From the human T2T-CHM13v2.0 reference genome, Homo sapiens, in assembly GCF_009914755.1 (NCBI RefSeq), contig NC_060934.1: DNA of 64,000 nt; one strand, 5' to 3'. Of this stretch, positions 15,533 through 30,245 are shown one piece after another. Position numbers and translations under genes: made by a program. Every line of letters starts with the position of its first letter. Positions within the stretch are counted from its first letter, which is position 1. The notes beneath the pieces were generated by a model. It was given only the letters and a program-made list of their open reading frames with translations. It searched no databases and had not been told where the DNA came from.

Positions 15533-15660
15533 GTGTGTGTTTTAGTAGAGACGGGGTTTCACCATGTTGGCCAGGCTGGTCTCGAACTCCTGACCTCAGT
15601 TGATCCACCCGCCTCAGCCTTCCAAAGTGCTGGGATTACAGGCGTGAGCCATGGCACCTC
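15328..15660 (-). mobile_element. Alu (AluS-like), antisense, with a (TG)n microsatellite in the central linker
   Basis: Canonical Alu sequence; (TG)n at about 15500-15540. Confidence 0.92.
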
Positions 15661-18600
15661 ACTGCTTGCTAGACTTTTCATCGGAGCTTCTTGTTATCCA
15701 TTCACTGTCTCCTGTTTCATTGCTGATGCTGAGAATTTGTGTTCTTCTCTCGCTGTTTTTTACTCTCATCCCCCTGTTCCTTTTTTTTCCCTCCCTCCCT
15801 CGTCTTGCCTCTCTCTACTCCTTGCCTTGGATGGGGTTATCCCATGGGGTTATCCAATCATTGTATGGGATTATCTCCTTTTTTGTCAACATTTAGTGTT
15901 ATTCCATTAGTAGTTACAGAGAAATATTAATATGTATCCTTAACTACATTCTATCATAAATTAGTAATTTTGCCGTATAACCAAAATACAAGTACCTTAT
16001 AAGGCAATAGGTCAACTCCATTTACCCACTTCTCCTATGATTGTCATATATTTTACTTTGACACATATCATAAGCCCCCAAAGAAATGGCTTTTGCTGTT
16101 CCCATAAGCAGCCAATGGTCTTTTATATTTATATCTTTACAATTTCTTATCTGCAGTCTTTTCCCTTCGGCCTGAAAGATTCCCTTTAGAATTATTTGCA
16201 TTGTGGGTGTATTAACAAAGGACGCTCTCTACTTTTGTCTAAGGACATCTTGACTTGCCTTCATTTCCAAGGATGTATTCATTGAACCTGGAACTCTCAC
16301 ATTGTCAGGCGTTTTTCTTAACACTCAAGAGATGTCCTGCCAGTGTCCTCTGATTTTGTTAGTTTCCGTTGAAAAGCCAGCCATCACTCTTAGAATTGTT
16401 CCTTCAGGCAATGTGTCTTTTTTCCTGTCTACTTTTAAGATATTCTCTTTAACTCTGGTTTTCATCAGTTTCAGTATGATGTGTCTAGGTGTGTTTTTGT
16501 AATTTTAAAAAAATACTGCTTGGAGACAGCTGAGCTTCTTGAATCTGAAGGGATGTCTTTTACCAGATATGGAAAATTCTGGACCATTATTTAGTCAAAT
16601 ATTACTTCTCCTCCTTTCTCTTTCTGGGATTCCAATAACATGTATGTTAGACACTTTGACTATACCTTACATTTTTCTTGAGCTCTATTCTGTTTTATTT
16701 TTCTATTTTTTCCTTTTGTGCTTTGATTGGATATTTTCTATCATTTTATCTTGGGTTTGTGATTTTACTGTGTCCAGTCTGCTTTTAAACCTTTGTAATG
16801 AATTTCTAATTTTAGACCTTGTATGTAGGATTTGAGTGCCTTCTTTTTTAAAATAGATCCTAATTCTCATTTGAATTACTGCATTTTATTCATTTTCTAT
16901 CTCTATTAGGAAAATATAAAGTTTTAATTACATTATTTTTAGTGAGTTAATTACAATGATTTAAAAAGTTCCTATTGGCTTACTTCAATATCCTCATCAT
17001 CTCTGGGTCTGTTTCTATCAATCACAATTATTTTTTAAGTTCTTGTTGGCTAACTCTAGTCATCTGTTGATGTGCTGCCACAGACTTAGCTTCGTTATTG
17101 GTTATTTTTCCCTGCTTCTTCACGTGTCTAATGATTTTCATTATATTCTTGGCACTGTGGGTGATGTGTCGTGAGGCTGCGCATTATGTTATTGTGGTCT
17201 AGAGAATGTTGAGTTTTGTTCAAGCAGACAGGTACTGACCAGCAGACTACCTGGATCCTTTTGAGGTGTGGTTTCAGGCTTTGTTAGGGAAGGTCTGTTA
17301 GTTTTCTCTTAATATGAAGTTTTAAAATCCTAGGACATTGTCCTGCCCCTGGAGTGTAGCCAGGGTCTAGAGAATTCACTGTGATCTTCTATTCTGTCTG
17401 GGCTTGAATTGCAGTGTCTCGACAGCCATGTGCAGCCACTTACATTTCTACTTACCATTCGGACTCTCAGGAACTGTTTCCTGCAAGGCCTCTGGGAGTC
17501 CTGCCTTGCACACGTACAGCTTAGCAGTGGACCAGGGACCTGAGGGAATCCTTAGTCAGATCTTTGGCATTCCTTTTCTGCCATTCCCTCCTCTGCTCTC
17601 CAAATCCCAGCTGCTGTGGCAGCCCCAACCAAATTCTGATCTTAGTGTCCTGCAACAGAAGAGGCCTCTGCAGCTCGGGCTCTGTTTCCCAGGAGAGAGG
17701 TTGCAAGAACGCCCTCAGGGAAAACGTTAGGGGAGGCGGGGCCCCGTGATGAGAGGCACTGATCTACAGGCTCAGGGATCTGCCTGTGGACAGCGGTCGC
17801 AGGGGCTGTGACGCTGTGTGTCCGGGGCCCTGTGCTGACAGGCACTGCTTTCCTTTTCTCCTTCTCCTGCCCCTGCGTTGTGTATCTTGTTCAGCTTCTA
17901 GACTTGTTCATCGCAGAAGGGTAAGTCTAATGCCAACTACCCCATCACGTCTGGAACCAGAAGTTTCTGGGCATCAGTACCTTTTTTTTTTTTTTTTTTC
18001 CTTCAGAAAGCTGCTTAGGTGATTCCAGCACGAGACCACCAAGCTTGGGAACCACCTTCTCATGGTATTGGCAGATTATCCCATGATTGAGGGGGACCTG
18101 GACATTCTGTCTAGAGAAAAATTCCCAAGGGTTAATTCCCAGACATGCAGTAAGTCCTGGTGTCTCTGGGACATCAAGGGGCTTGGGCTCCTAAAATGTC
18201 ACATTTCCCCCTCATCATACAAGCTCTCCTACCCCACCAGAGGCTGAGGGAGGCTTGGCGGCCTCTTCTAGCACCTCCAACGCACCCCCACCCAGGTCTC
18301 TGCTTTCTCACAGGGAATAATAGGACCAGGCTCTGTATCTCATCTGTGTATTTTTTTCCCATCTCCCCCACCCATTCTAAGCTCTTGGGAGCTGGGTGAT
18401 GGGGGTCCTTCCTTCTCTCATTAAGACCCTCTGTGCTAGGAAAACAAGCCCCAGCTAGGACAAAGCACATCTCCTTATCTCTAGCACATCCGCTGGGAGC
18501 AGCAGCCTTTTCTGTCTCACAAGGCGCATTCGTGTGCTCACGTCACCACCCACGGAACCAAGAGTTGATGCGGAGGGAGGGCCCCCCTGAGGTGCAGACT

Positions 18601-19279
18601 CCTCTGGAGGAAGAGGTGGTGTGAGTGACGCCTGCCAGACGTGAGGGCTCCCTGCACAGGCCCAGTGTTTGGAAGGATCCTGGCTCCATGGGCCCTGGGT
18701 CAGGAGACCTGCTCGGGGGTTGCAGGTACTCTGCCAACACCTTAGGCAGTCACCTGTCTGCGGCACTGAGGCATGGTCAGCCCAGGTTGGGAGCAGCCAC
18801 AGCTGCCAGTGACCATGCTGGGGGTGATGACGTGGCCTGTGTAGTGAGCATGCTTCATGGCTGTGGCGAGACGCATGTGTGCAGGGGCCTCAGCACTGTG
18901 GGGCAGTGGTGAGATCATGTCCGTGGGCTTCACAGCAGGGAGGCTTATGAAATGCAGCTTCCCAGGCTCCACCCTAGAGGTTCTACATGCTCATCTTGGG
19001 GGGCTCAGGGTTCTGCCTATGGACAGCCGTCACAGGTGGCTGTGATGCTGCATGTCGGGGCCCCATGCAGAGAGACACTGTGCGGGGCATGCTTGGGGGC
19101 AGGCAAGTCGGGGGCGGGCAGAGTGGAGGGGCATCTTCTCTCCTCCAGCCTCAGCGTCGGCCTGCACACCCCCTGTCCTGGAGAGTACCGTCTCAAGGGG
19201 CTTCTCTCCAGTTTCCAGGCATCCTCTGCAGCTGGGAGTGAGGAGGTCCTGGTGGGTGGGGAAGGCAACAGAGGGAGCT

Positions 19280-19600
19280 CATGGGGTGAGGGAGTATGGG
19301 GGCATTGTGGGGAGACGGGAGTTCAGGGGATGAAGAGTATGGGGAAGAGTCGGGGGGCAGGGAGATGGGAGCTTATGAGGTAAGGGTGTGGGGGGCTGGG
19401 GAGATAGGAGCTTATGGGGTGAGTGTGTGGGGGCTTGAGAGACACAGGACTTAACGAGTGAGGGTGTGGGAGATGGGAGCTCTGGGGTGCAGGTGTGAGG
19501 CCCAGGGGAGATGGGAGCTTATGGGGTGAGGGTATGGGGGCCTGAGAGACAGGGTACCTAAGGGGTGAGGGTGTCGGGCCCGGGGAGATGGGGGCTCTGG
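19280..19600. repeat. Degenerate G-rich repeat
   Basis: Recurrent ggagatgggagcttatggggtgagggt. Confidence 0.6.
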
Positions 19601-21418
19601 GGCACCCGGGGGCTCCAGCAAGTGTTGTGGATCCTGTTCTTAGTGCCGGGGTAGGATGTTTTATGACAGCCTCTGACTCTTGTTTGTGGAGCTGACTCTA
19701 GGGTTGTGAGTGGAGCAGCTTGGGTAGGCACAGGAGAGGACACAGGGCGGCCGTTTGGAAGCCATAGCATTCGTCCCAGTGGAAGATGCTGGCAGTGGGG
19801 TGATGCTTGCAGCCTGGTGCACCAGGACGCCTGTTTCAGCTTTGAACGTCCCGTGTCCTGGGAGCCCTCTCAGTCCGGAACCCGCTGGGAGGGCTCTTCC
19901 CCCGGGTGTCTGTGTGGGTGCAGGTGGGACAGGAGACAGGTGTGCCGCCCCCCACCCACAGCCCCATGGGAAGAAGTGCAGGGTGGGGTGCGGCGCCTGC
20001 ACAGGCATGGGAAGCCCCCGAATCCTGCCCTGCCTGCTGCTGGAAACAGCCCACCGTGAGCAAGGTGGGGGCTCCTGATAAAAGAAAATCTTGTTTGAGT
20101 CTGAGAGTGTAAATGCCAGGCCGCAGGCACAGCTGCTGATGGACACGCTCTTATTTCACCGGCCCCATTCCTGCTAACTGACTGTGTTGCCTCTTTCAGC
20201 ATTGCTGTGTGCAGAGAAAATGGGGATTTAGCAATTAAGGATTTATTTTCTTCTGTTCAGCTCATCACTTGCTCCATCCAGGCTAATTAGACATCTCATT
20301 TCTTTGTTTCCAAGCTAATTTCAGCAATAGCAGATTTATTAGCTTGTTTAAACCTCAAACAATGGGTAAAGCAGCAAGATATCCCATTCTGCTCTGTTGT
20401 TTGAAAATATATTTCAAACTGAGTTGTTCATCCCCAAAGACCTTGTCTTTTCATAAATCTAGTGCCGTGGAAAATGATGCCCAAAGTGCCGAGCGTGTCT
20501 GTCTGAAGAGCGGGGGCTGTCGGGTCTGCTGTGCCCGCGTTCTGGCTGGCACATTCCTGCCCGGAAGCGGGGCGGGGTACTTGCAGGCAGCGGCTGCCAT
20601 ATCCCCGGAAGGAAGGACTTCTTCCCTTCATAGGTTGAGCACAAAGCGCCACGTTGTAGGGAGGGTGGGGAGGGCCGCCGACCTCTCACAGCCACTGGTG
20701 GGGCAGACATCCTGCACACCCCTGGGCTGCCGTCTCACCCCAAAAGCCTTGGCTCGCAGCCAGATTAATGAGCAGTGTGGCTCTGCCTGAAGACAGCTGT
20801 GCGGGGCCCCAGCTTTGTAGCCATGCCCAGAAGCATGGAGGGGCGGTGTCCAAGGACCACAGTGGTGCCCCTACGTTGCACAGCCCTCCCCTGGGGAGTG
20901 GGCCTGGGCTGGGGAAGGGGTAGCACTGTCTTTCAGGCCGGAATTTCTGTTCCCCATGGTCTCCCCTGCCTGTTTAGGGAAGAAACTTGGCCGTGGCACC
21001 TTCCTATTGGCAGAGTGTGGGTAACTTGGGTGTCCTCCTCTCTGTCCAACCTACAGCAAAGTCAGGAGCTGGAGGTGGTTTCTGCTGACCCTGCTAGAAA
21101 GTACCACCCCTGTGTGCACCCAGGGCCCCGGCAGGACAGCACGGAATGGGGTGCCTTGCTGAGCACACAGAGCCCGGGGACCGTCAGGAAGGAGTCTCCC
21201 GCTGGCAGCAGCTCTGCGTAGCCGGCTGAGCCAGGGCCTGCTGGGAGCCCGGGTGTCGTGCCTCAGCCCAGGGCCACGGGCTCCTGCTCTTAGTCCAGGA
21301 TGCTTCGCTTTTGCTTCCGGTCTCAGAGCCCAGAGCCTGGCAGGGCTGCGCCCGTTTCTATGGTAACTGCAGATCCGTGTCCTGCCGCCTGTGTGATTGT
21401 GTTCTGTTCTCCTTGTAG

Positions 21419-21856
<438 letters not shown>

Positions 21857-23147
21857 TAGCATCAGCTCTGGCCCTGTCACCCTCCCGTGGGCCCCGGCCT
21901 CATCACCCTTCTGCTGCAGTTCATGGCACTTGCTGGCCCGGAGTCCGGCCCTGGGTTGGTGGGAGGAGGCTGTGCTGGGTATGCGCTGCCACCATCTCCA
22001 AGCACACGGCCTCTGCCTCTGGCCCGGGAAGGCTGGTGCACCGGCTCCCTGCCCACCGCGTGCCCAGCTGGCCCCTCAAGGGTGATTTCCGGCACTCTCA
22101 TCACCAGTCACCCTCCCACCCGCTTCTCATGTGATCATGCCACTCTGCGCTCCTCCCTGGGCCGCTCTGTCGTGTGGGGTCTGCCGACCACCCCGGGCTG
22201 AGCTCCACCCGCTTCCTTGCTGCCGCTCCGCACTCATATCCTCTGTCGTGGTTCTGGGATGCGCTGGGGGATCTGAAGTCCAGGGACCCTCCAGCTGGTC
22301 CTTCTGGGTCTTTGACCCCGAGCCTCTCCTGCACCTGTTGAATGAGGAACTCGAGTCGGGCCCAGGACCATCCTGGATGCTGCTTGTTCGCTTTGAGGAT
22401 AAAACTGTGTGTGAGCTGAGCCGGTCCTAGGACAGTGACATTTCAAGAATAGAAAATATTATTTTAAGATCTCATTCAGACAGCTTCATTGAATGAGATC
22501 CAGCCCCTCCTGCTGGTGCGTGGTAGACTACAGCATTCACTCCAGAGAGATCTGAAACCGGATTCAAATGTTTTCACCAATTTTTGAGTGAAGTCCCAGG
22601 GGTCCCAAAAGCGGCTCTTTAGAAGCCCCATTGGAGGCAGGTCACCTCTTTTGGAAGTCTCCCACAAGTGTCTTTCCCGTGCTCATGTCATCGTACCAGA
22701 GAAATGCCGCCCCGTGGGGCAGGGGGCGCGCACCCTCCTGAAGGGGCAGCGGCAGGGGCCAGGCAGAGGGCTGGGAGCTGGCAGACGTCCTCCTGGCATC
22801 ACCCACACTCGCGGTTTCTGCATTTGCACGCCCCCGCCCTCTCCATCTGCATACTTCTAGACATGTCTGCTCCTTTTCATTATTTTACTTTATGTTATTT
22901 TAAAATAGTTGTGTGTGAGGTAGGGTCTCGCTCTGCCCGTCGGTTCTGTTGCCTCACGCGGTTGCGGCAACCACAGTGCCAGGCTGGGTGCCTTTCCCCG
23001 GGGGGCTCCGAACCTTCCCGGCAGCCGCGTGGAGGTAAAGGCGCGCGTCCCACGGCAGCGTTTTTGTTCCCGTAGCGTGCTGGGATTTGCAAAGGCTTCC
23101 CAGGCTTGTGGGTAGGAACCGTTATTTGCAGTTGATTTTTGTTTTAG

Positions 23148-23426
<279 letters not shown>

Positions 23427-24021
23427 TAGCAAAAACAGGTAGGGGTCACATTTGCCCCTCAAGGGCTGGTTGACTAACCCCTGCTCTGCGTTAGTGGGGG
23501 CAGAAGCCGCCTCTGTTCTGCAGGTGATCTGGGATGTGCAGACGCGGCCTCTCAGTGGGGCTGTTGCCATTGGTCCTTATAGCCACTGAGATTTCCAGGT
23601 AACTCGATATCCCGGAGGGTGCGTGAGCTGTCACGTGTCTGCAAGGGTCCAGTAGGCTGGGTGGTTTTACCACAGCCCTTCTTGGCAAGACAAAGCGCTG
23701 GCCCCAGACTGCTGGTCTTCATCTTCATCCCCATCTGTCAATGGGACGGGACTCACCCCCGGGGACGCCGAGCCCAGCCCTGAGCTTGGGTTCACTAGGG
23801 CACCGGGCGAGCGGGTTCACCTGGGCACTGGGCGAGCAGGTTCACCAGTGCTCTGGGCAAGTGGGTTCACCCGGGCGCTGGGCCAGTGGGCACCACTTGG
23901 AGGCGTGGACTTCCCAAGTAGAGGGCTGGGGACTGCGTTGTTGCAGCCCAAGCTGTGGTCAGTCAGCCGACTCTGCGTGGAGACCTGCTGGTTCTCCGTC
24001 ACTTAAAGAACAATCACATAG

Positions 24022-24498
<477 letters not shown>

Positions 24499-24948
24499 TA
24501 GTAAGAGGCTGCGGAGTCCCGGCTGTTGGGGAGGAGAGGAGGCCTGGCACACAGCGCCAAGCAGGAGTCGGGGGCAGGGAGTCTCTGCTCCGCCAAGGCC
24601 ATGAGCCAGGAGTGGGGGGCCGTCAGCCGGTGTCACCACGTTCCCCTGCCCTGAGGACCCCAAAGGCCATGAAGCCAGAGTTTACTCAATGAGTAATTCA
24701 GCCGGATGTGGGGGAGAGGCGCTCTCCTTACCCCTCTCTATGGAAGCCCCCTTCTTTTCACACTGAATTAGAGTCAGGAGGGATTTGGGAGAGGAGGCCA
24801 CATGGGAAATGGGCACAGATGACCCAGTGTCAGCTTCAGGGCTCTGAGCGATCCCCTCCAGCCATGCTTTCTGGGAGACCCGCAGGGCCCATGTGTGTCT
24901 GTCCGGGCTGCACACACCTGCCCTTGCTGCAGGACTGGGCCCACATAG

Positions 24949-25396
<448 letters not shown>

Positions 25397-26224
25397 GTAA
25401 GTATGGTCAGCGCCCGCTTCCCCACGCCTCCGCTCCCCACGCAGTTGCCCGTGGGACCCATTCTGTGCCCAGGGCTCCTCACAGACCAGACAGAAGCGGC
25501 CGCGGCAGCCTTTCGGGTGGATTTTGTTGTTGCAGTGCCACCTGGCCAAGGCTGTGCACGGGTGGCTGACGCCCTTCAGTGTGGGTCAGAGAGGAGCCAG
25601 GGACACCCACTGATGCCCCAGTTGAGACAGCACCAGCTTGGGACGATCATGTTTCTCAGTTAATGGCCAGGGTCAGACGGCTGCCCTTCTCCGGCTGCTC
25701 ACCCCACCATGCCTTTCTCCCTGGCCAGCACAGACAGGCAGCCGCAGCCCAAGAGGTTCACCATCACGGCCATGAAACCACAGCATGGGTTCCCCGGAGA
25801 GCAGCAGGACCCTGGTCTCCTTAGTATTTTAAGGGCGCCAGTCCCCACACAGATGTGGACGCCACCCCTGCAGGGTCCGGAGGGGCCCTGGCCATGAGTC
25901 CCCTTCCAGCTTCCCACAACTGTGTGCCCCTCAAGTCACCTGCCCCGTGTGGCCCCTGGACGCATTTAGAAGGGGAGCTGGTAGACCATTGAGCAAGACA
26001 AGCTCAGAGCCCACCTAATTGGGGAGCCGTCCGTGTCACCCTGGAGACAGGAGCTCCCCGAGGAGCAGAGCTGGAGCCAGGGCCTCCCGCTGTGGTGTGG
26101 GGACAGCCAGCCCAGACACCGTCTTCCCTGTCATCCAAATGATGGCACACGGGCAGTAAACCGTGGACTGAAACCGGTGGAGCTGCTCTACCACTTACAC
26201 AACCTCTTCAACTGGCTTCCGCAG

Positions 26225-26284
26225 GAGCGGGACAAGCTGTTAAGATTCCGGAAGCAAAGAAAGAAAATGGCAAAACTTCCCAAG
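26225..26284 (+). CDS. JAKMIP3: JAKMIP3 coding exon (ERDKLLRFRKQRKKMAKLPK), 60 nt, basic NLS-like patch
   Basis: cttccgcag acceptor, AAG|gtaagg donor. Confidence 0.93.
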
Positions 26285-26304
26285 GTAAGGAACAGCACAC
26301 CGGC

Positions 26305-26620
26305 ACGTGCGGAGAGTACGCCGGGTGTGTGCGGAGAGGACCACGCCCGCGTGTGTGGAGAGCGCTGGTGTGTGCGGAGAGGGGTGCGCCGGTGTACGTG
26401 GAGGGCGCTGGGTGTGTGTGCCGAGGACCGCGCCCACGTGTGTGGAGAGTATGCCGGGTGCGTGTGGAGAGGACCGCGCCCGCGTGTGTGGAGAGTACGC
26501 CGGGTGTGTGCGGAGAGGGGTGCGCCGGTGTATGTGGAGGGCGCTGGGTGTGTGTGCCGAGGACCGCGCCCGCGTGTGTGGAGAGCGCTGGTGTGTGTGG
26601 AGAGCGTGCTGGCGTGTGCT
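26305..26620. repeat. CpG-rich compound minisatellite directly after the exon donor at 26285
   Basis: Recurrent gtgtggagag.../gaggaccgcgcccgcgtgtgtggagag units. Confidence 0.85.
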
Positions 26621-27149
26621 TAGTAGGAATCAGTCTTTGGAGATGAAAAAACAATTTTATTATTTCTAAAAATTGTTACTGTGAAATGACCAAAATAGGA
26701 CCCAAAGAAAATATTCTGTTTATCATTTTTAATAAACTTGTTTCTTTCAAATTTCCAAGAGAAGATAGGAATTGGTAACAACCATACCAGCAACACTAGC
26801 AATGAAGAGGTGCCGGCTCTGGTGTCCTCACTGCCTGTGTAGGGTCCGAGTCCCCACGACCTGTGGGATGCACGGCTCTGAGGACGGGCGGCTGAGGCTG
26901 CTCACACTCACCCATCCTGGCTGTGCCACACACCCCACGCTCGCCTGTCCTGCCGTTCACCGTCCTCGGCCACACTTGCAGGCTGTGGCAGCCTCATCCA
27001 CAGGCCCCACAGGGCAGACCCACGTCCCCAGGAAATGTGAACACCTGTCATCATTTCTCTACAGTAGAATCCTTTGTGATAAACCTATGATTTTTATTAA
27101 GGGAGGCTTTGGAGCAGCTGCCAAAGGACCTAACTCATCTCCTGCTTTA

Positions 27150-27155
27150 TGTTGA

Positions 27156-27190
<35 letters not shown>

Positions 27191-27638
27191 TGTGAGTGCG
27201 TGTATGTGTGTACATGTGAGTGTGTGTATGCATCTGTGTGTGTGTGCATGTGTATGTGAGTATGAGTGTGTATGTACATGTGTGTATGCGTCTGTGTATG
27301 TGTGTGTATGAGTGTGTGTGTTTGTGTGTATGTGTGTACATGTGAGTATATGCATCTGTGTGTGTGTGAGTGTGTGTGTATGTGTGTACATGTGAGTGTA
27401 TATGCATCTGTGTATGTGTGTGTGTATGTGTGAGTGTGTGTTTGTATGTGTGTACATGTGAGTGTATATGCGTCTGTACGTGTGTATGTGAGTGTATGAG
27501 TATGTGAGTGTGTATGTGTGAGTGTGCGTGTGTGTTTGTATGTGTGTACATGTGAGTGTATATGTGTCTGCATGTGTGTATGTGTGAGTGTGTGTGAGAG
27601 TATGTGAGTGTGTATGTGTGAGTGTGAGTGTGTGTGTG
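27150..27638. repeat. (TG)n-rich simple repeat, ~490 bp
   Basis: Pure TG run followed by TG/TA/GA-interrupted TG. Confidence 0.95.
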
Positions 27639-28533
27639 GCTTGTAAGCTGTCAGCAGTGTTTTCTCGCTGTTAGACTGTGAGATGCTCCTCGGTCACAAA
27701 CACTTGCCCTCTGAAAGGTGGAGAGGAGGAGCTGTCCAGGCTCTCCCCGCTCGGGACCCCTCTGGGATTTGGAAGTGTCCAGCAGACGCCTTGGCCCTGT
27801 GAAGGGAGGACACAGGGTGTGGGGAGGCACACAGGACAGGGGCCAGTGGTTGGCGGGGAGTAGGGGAAGTCGGGTGGCCCTGGGGTCCCTGAGGGAGTTT
27901 TGCTGGAAGGTTCTGGCAGAAGAACTGGGAGGAGACCTGGAGGCCACTGTGGCCACGGCAGAAGGGACTGAAGAAGATGGCGGGCTTTCCATTTTGTAAC
28001 ACTTCTGAAGGGGACCCAGATGAGTCCCTCTTCGATTCTTGAAGGCAGGGGTGAGGGGGCCCTAAAGATGCAGACGTCGGGGTGAACCTGGAGGGTCCCC
28101 AAAGGCAGGGCCTCTCACACCAGCTGGCGGAGGACCCCGTTTTTGTTTGTATTCCAATCAGTCAAGGACTGAAACTTTAAAAAATGGAACAGAAATGCAT
28201 CACTGGGAATGAGATCACACAGGGAAGGCACCCATCGTCGGTTCTGTTAACCCGGGTACCACCCTCAGGGAACCGCAGGGACGGTGCCCCACGAAGGGCC
28301 TCATTCCCCACCACCAAGGGCAGGGCCAGGACCCGCTCACCCACGGGACTCCAGGCCCCTTCCCCACCCGCCCTGCCAGCCTTGCCATAGAGCGCCCCTC
28401 ACACCCAGGCCACCTCCTCGGCCTGTGCCAGGGACAGAGATGGGAGTGTGTCGCAGGGTGGGGCTGCGGCCCCCACCGTTGGGCAGCGGGAGGAGGCGGC
28501 GGGAGGAGGCGGCTGTGCCTGGGTCTGGTTTGA

Positions 28534-28857
<324 letters not shown>

Positions 28858-29930
28858 TGACCCGCTGATAGCTGACTCGGGCACGGTGAGAAGCTCCCAT
28901 GACATGGCTTGGGGTGTGGGCTGAGGCCCGCTCTTGCTCCCATGAAGGCCAAACCATGCCTCCTTCTGCCACTGAGCCTACGCCCCGTCTGCATAGGGGT
29001 ACGGTGAGCTCTCCCTTCCTAAGGGGCCTCCCCAGGAGGGTCTGAACCACTCATCAGGGAGTTTGGTCTCAGTGCCAAGAGCACATTAGGGTGAGGGGTG
29101 TTGAGCAGGAGTTTTCTTTCTGATAACAGCACAGGTGTGTCTGCCCACCAGCCCCTTCTTCCAGAAGGACGGCTACCCTCAGGCGCAGGCAGCCATTTCA
29201 GCACCAGGTCGGGGCTTGGTGTTGTGGGACCCAGACCCTGTGGCTGTGGGACAAGGAGTGGGGTCTGCAGTCAATGGCACAGCCAAGGATTGGGCCTCCC
29301 GTGGCAGACCCTGGAGGGTGGCCCAATGGCCATAGACCTGTTGAGGGATCTAAGACATCCTCTCACAGCCTCAGGTGCAGGGTTGGGCAGGGGAACTGGG
29401 CCAGGCCAAGGCTTCTGGGCTCAGTCACTCCTAGACATGGCCAACCCTTCCAGCCCCGGGGGTCCACCGGGACCCTTTGAAGGCAGCAGCAGGCTCACCT
29501 GTCTTCTCCCTGGGGTGACGGGGGGCACTGCAGCTAGCAGGGTGAGCCTGCAAGAGTGCACCTGGGAGGAGACGTGCTGCCTGGGGTACTTTACCCCCTT
29601 CACAAAGCCCAGCTTTCTTCCCAGGACGTGTTTCAGCAGAGCAGAGCGTGTGCAGGCCTGGTTGGTAACAGAGGGTCTGCTGGGTCAGGGCAGCCTGGCT
29701 AGCAAGCAGGAGCCCCAGCTGAGCCCCTGGCCATGGCCACCAGCCCAGCAGGCTCACCCTGTCCTCAGCCGTGCAGCCGACTCAGCTCCCACCCCAGGGC
29801 TCGGTGCTCCCCTCCCCAGGGAAACCTTTCTCCAAACAGCACTGAGTCCCCAGGCAGCCGCCCCTCCCTGCACACTGGAGCAGGTCCCCTCCCTCATGCT
29901 GCTAGAGAGACCCCCCCATACACCATTTGA

Positions 29931-30245
<315 letters not shown>

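Larger units (their letters stand above)
13050..17480 (-). mobile_element. Large old L1 (L1M-type) remnant, antisense, interrupted by Alus
   Basis: T-rich + strand with L1 antisense phrases (ttgctaaattcacttattaattct, tctgtcaaatgctttt, ccagtgaagctatttggg, cagtatgatgtgtctaggtgtg). Confidence 0.7.
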
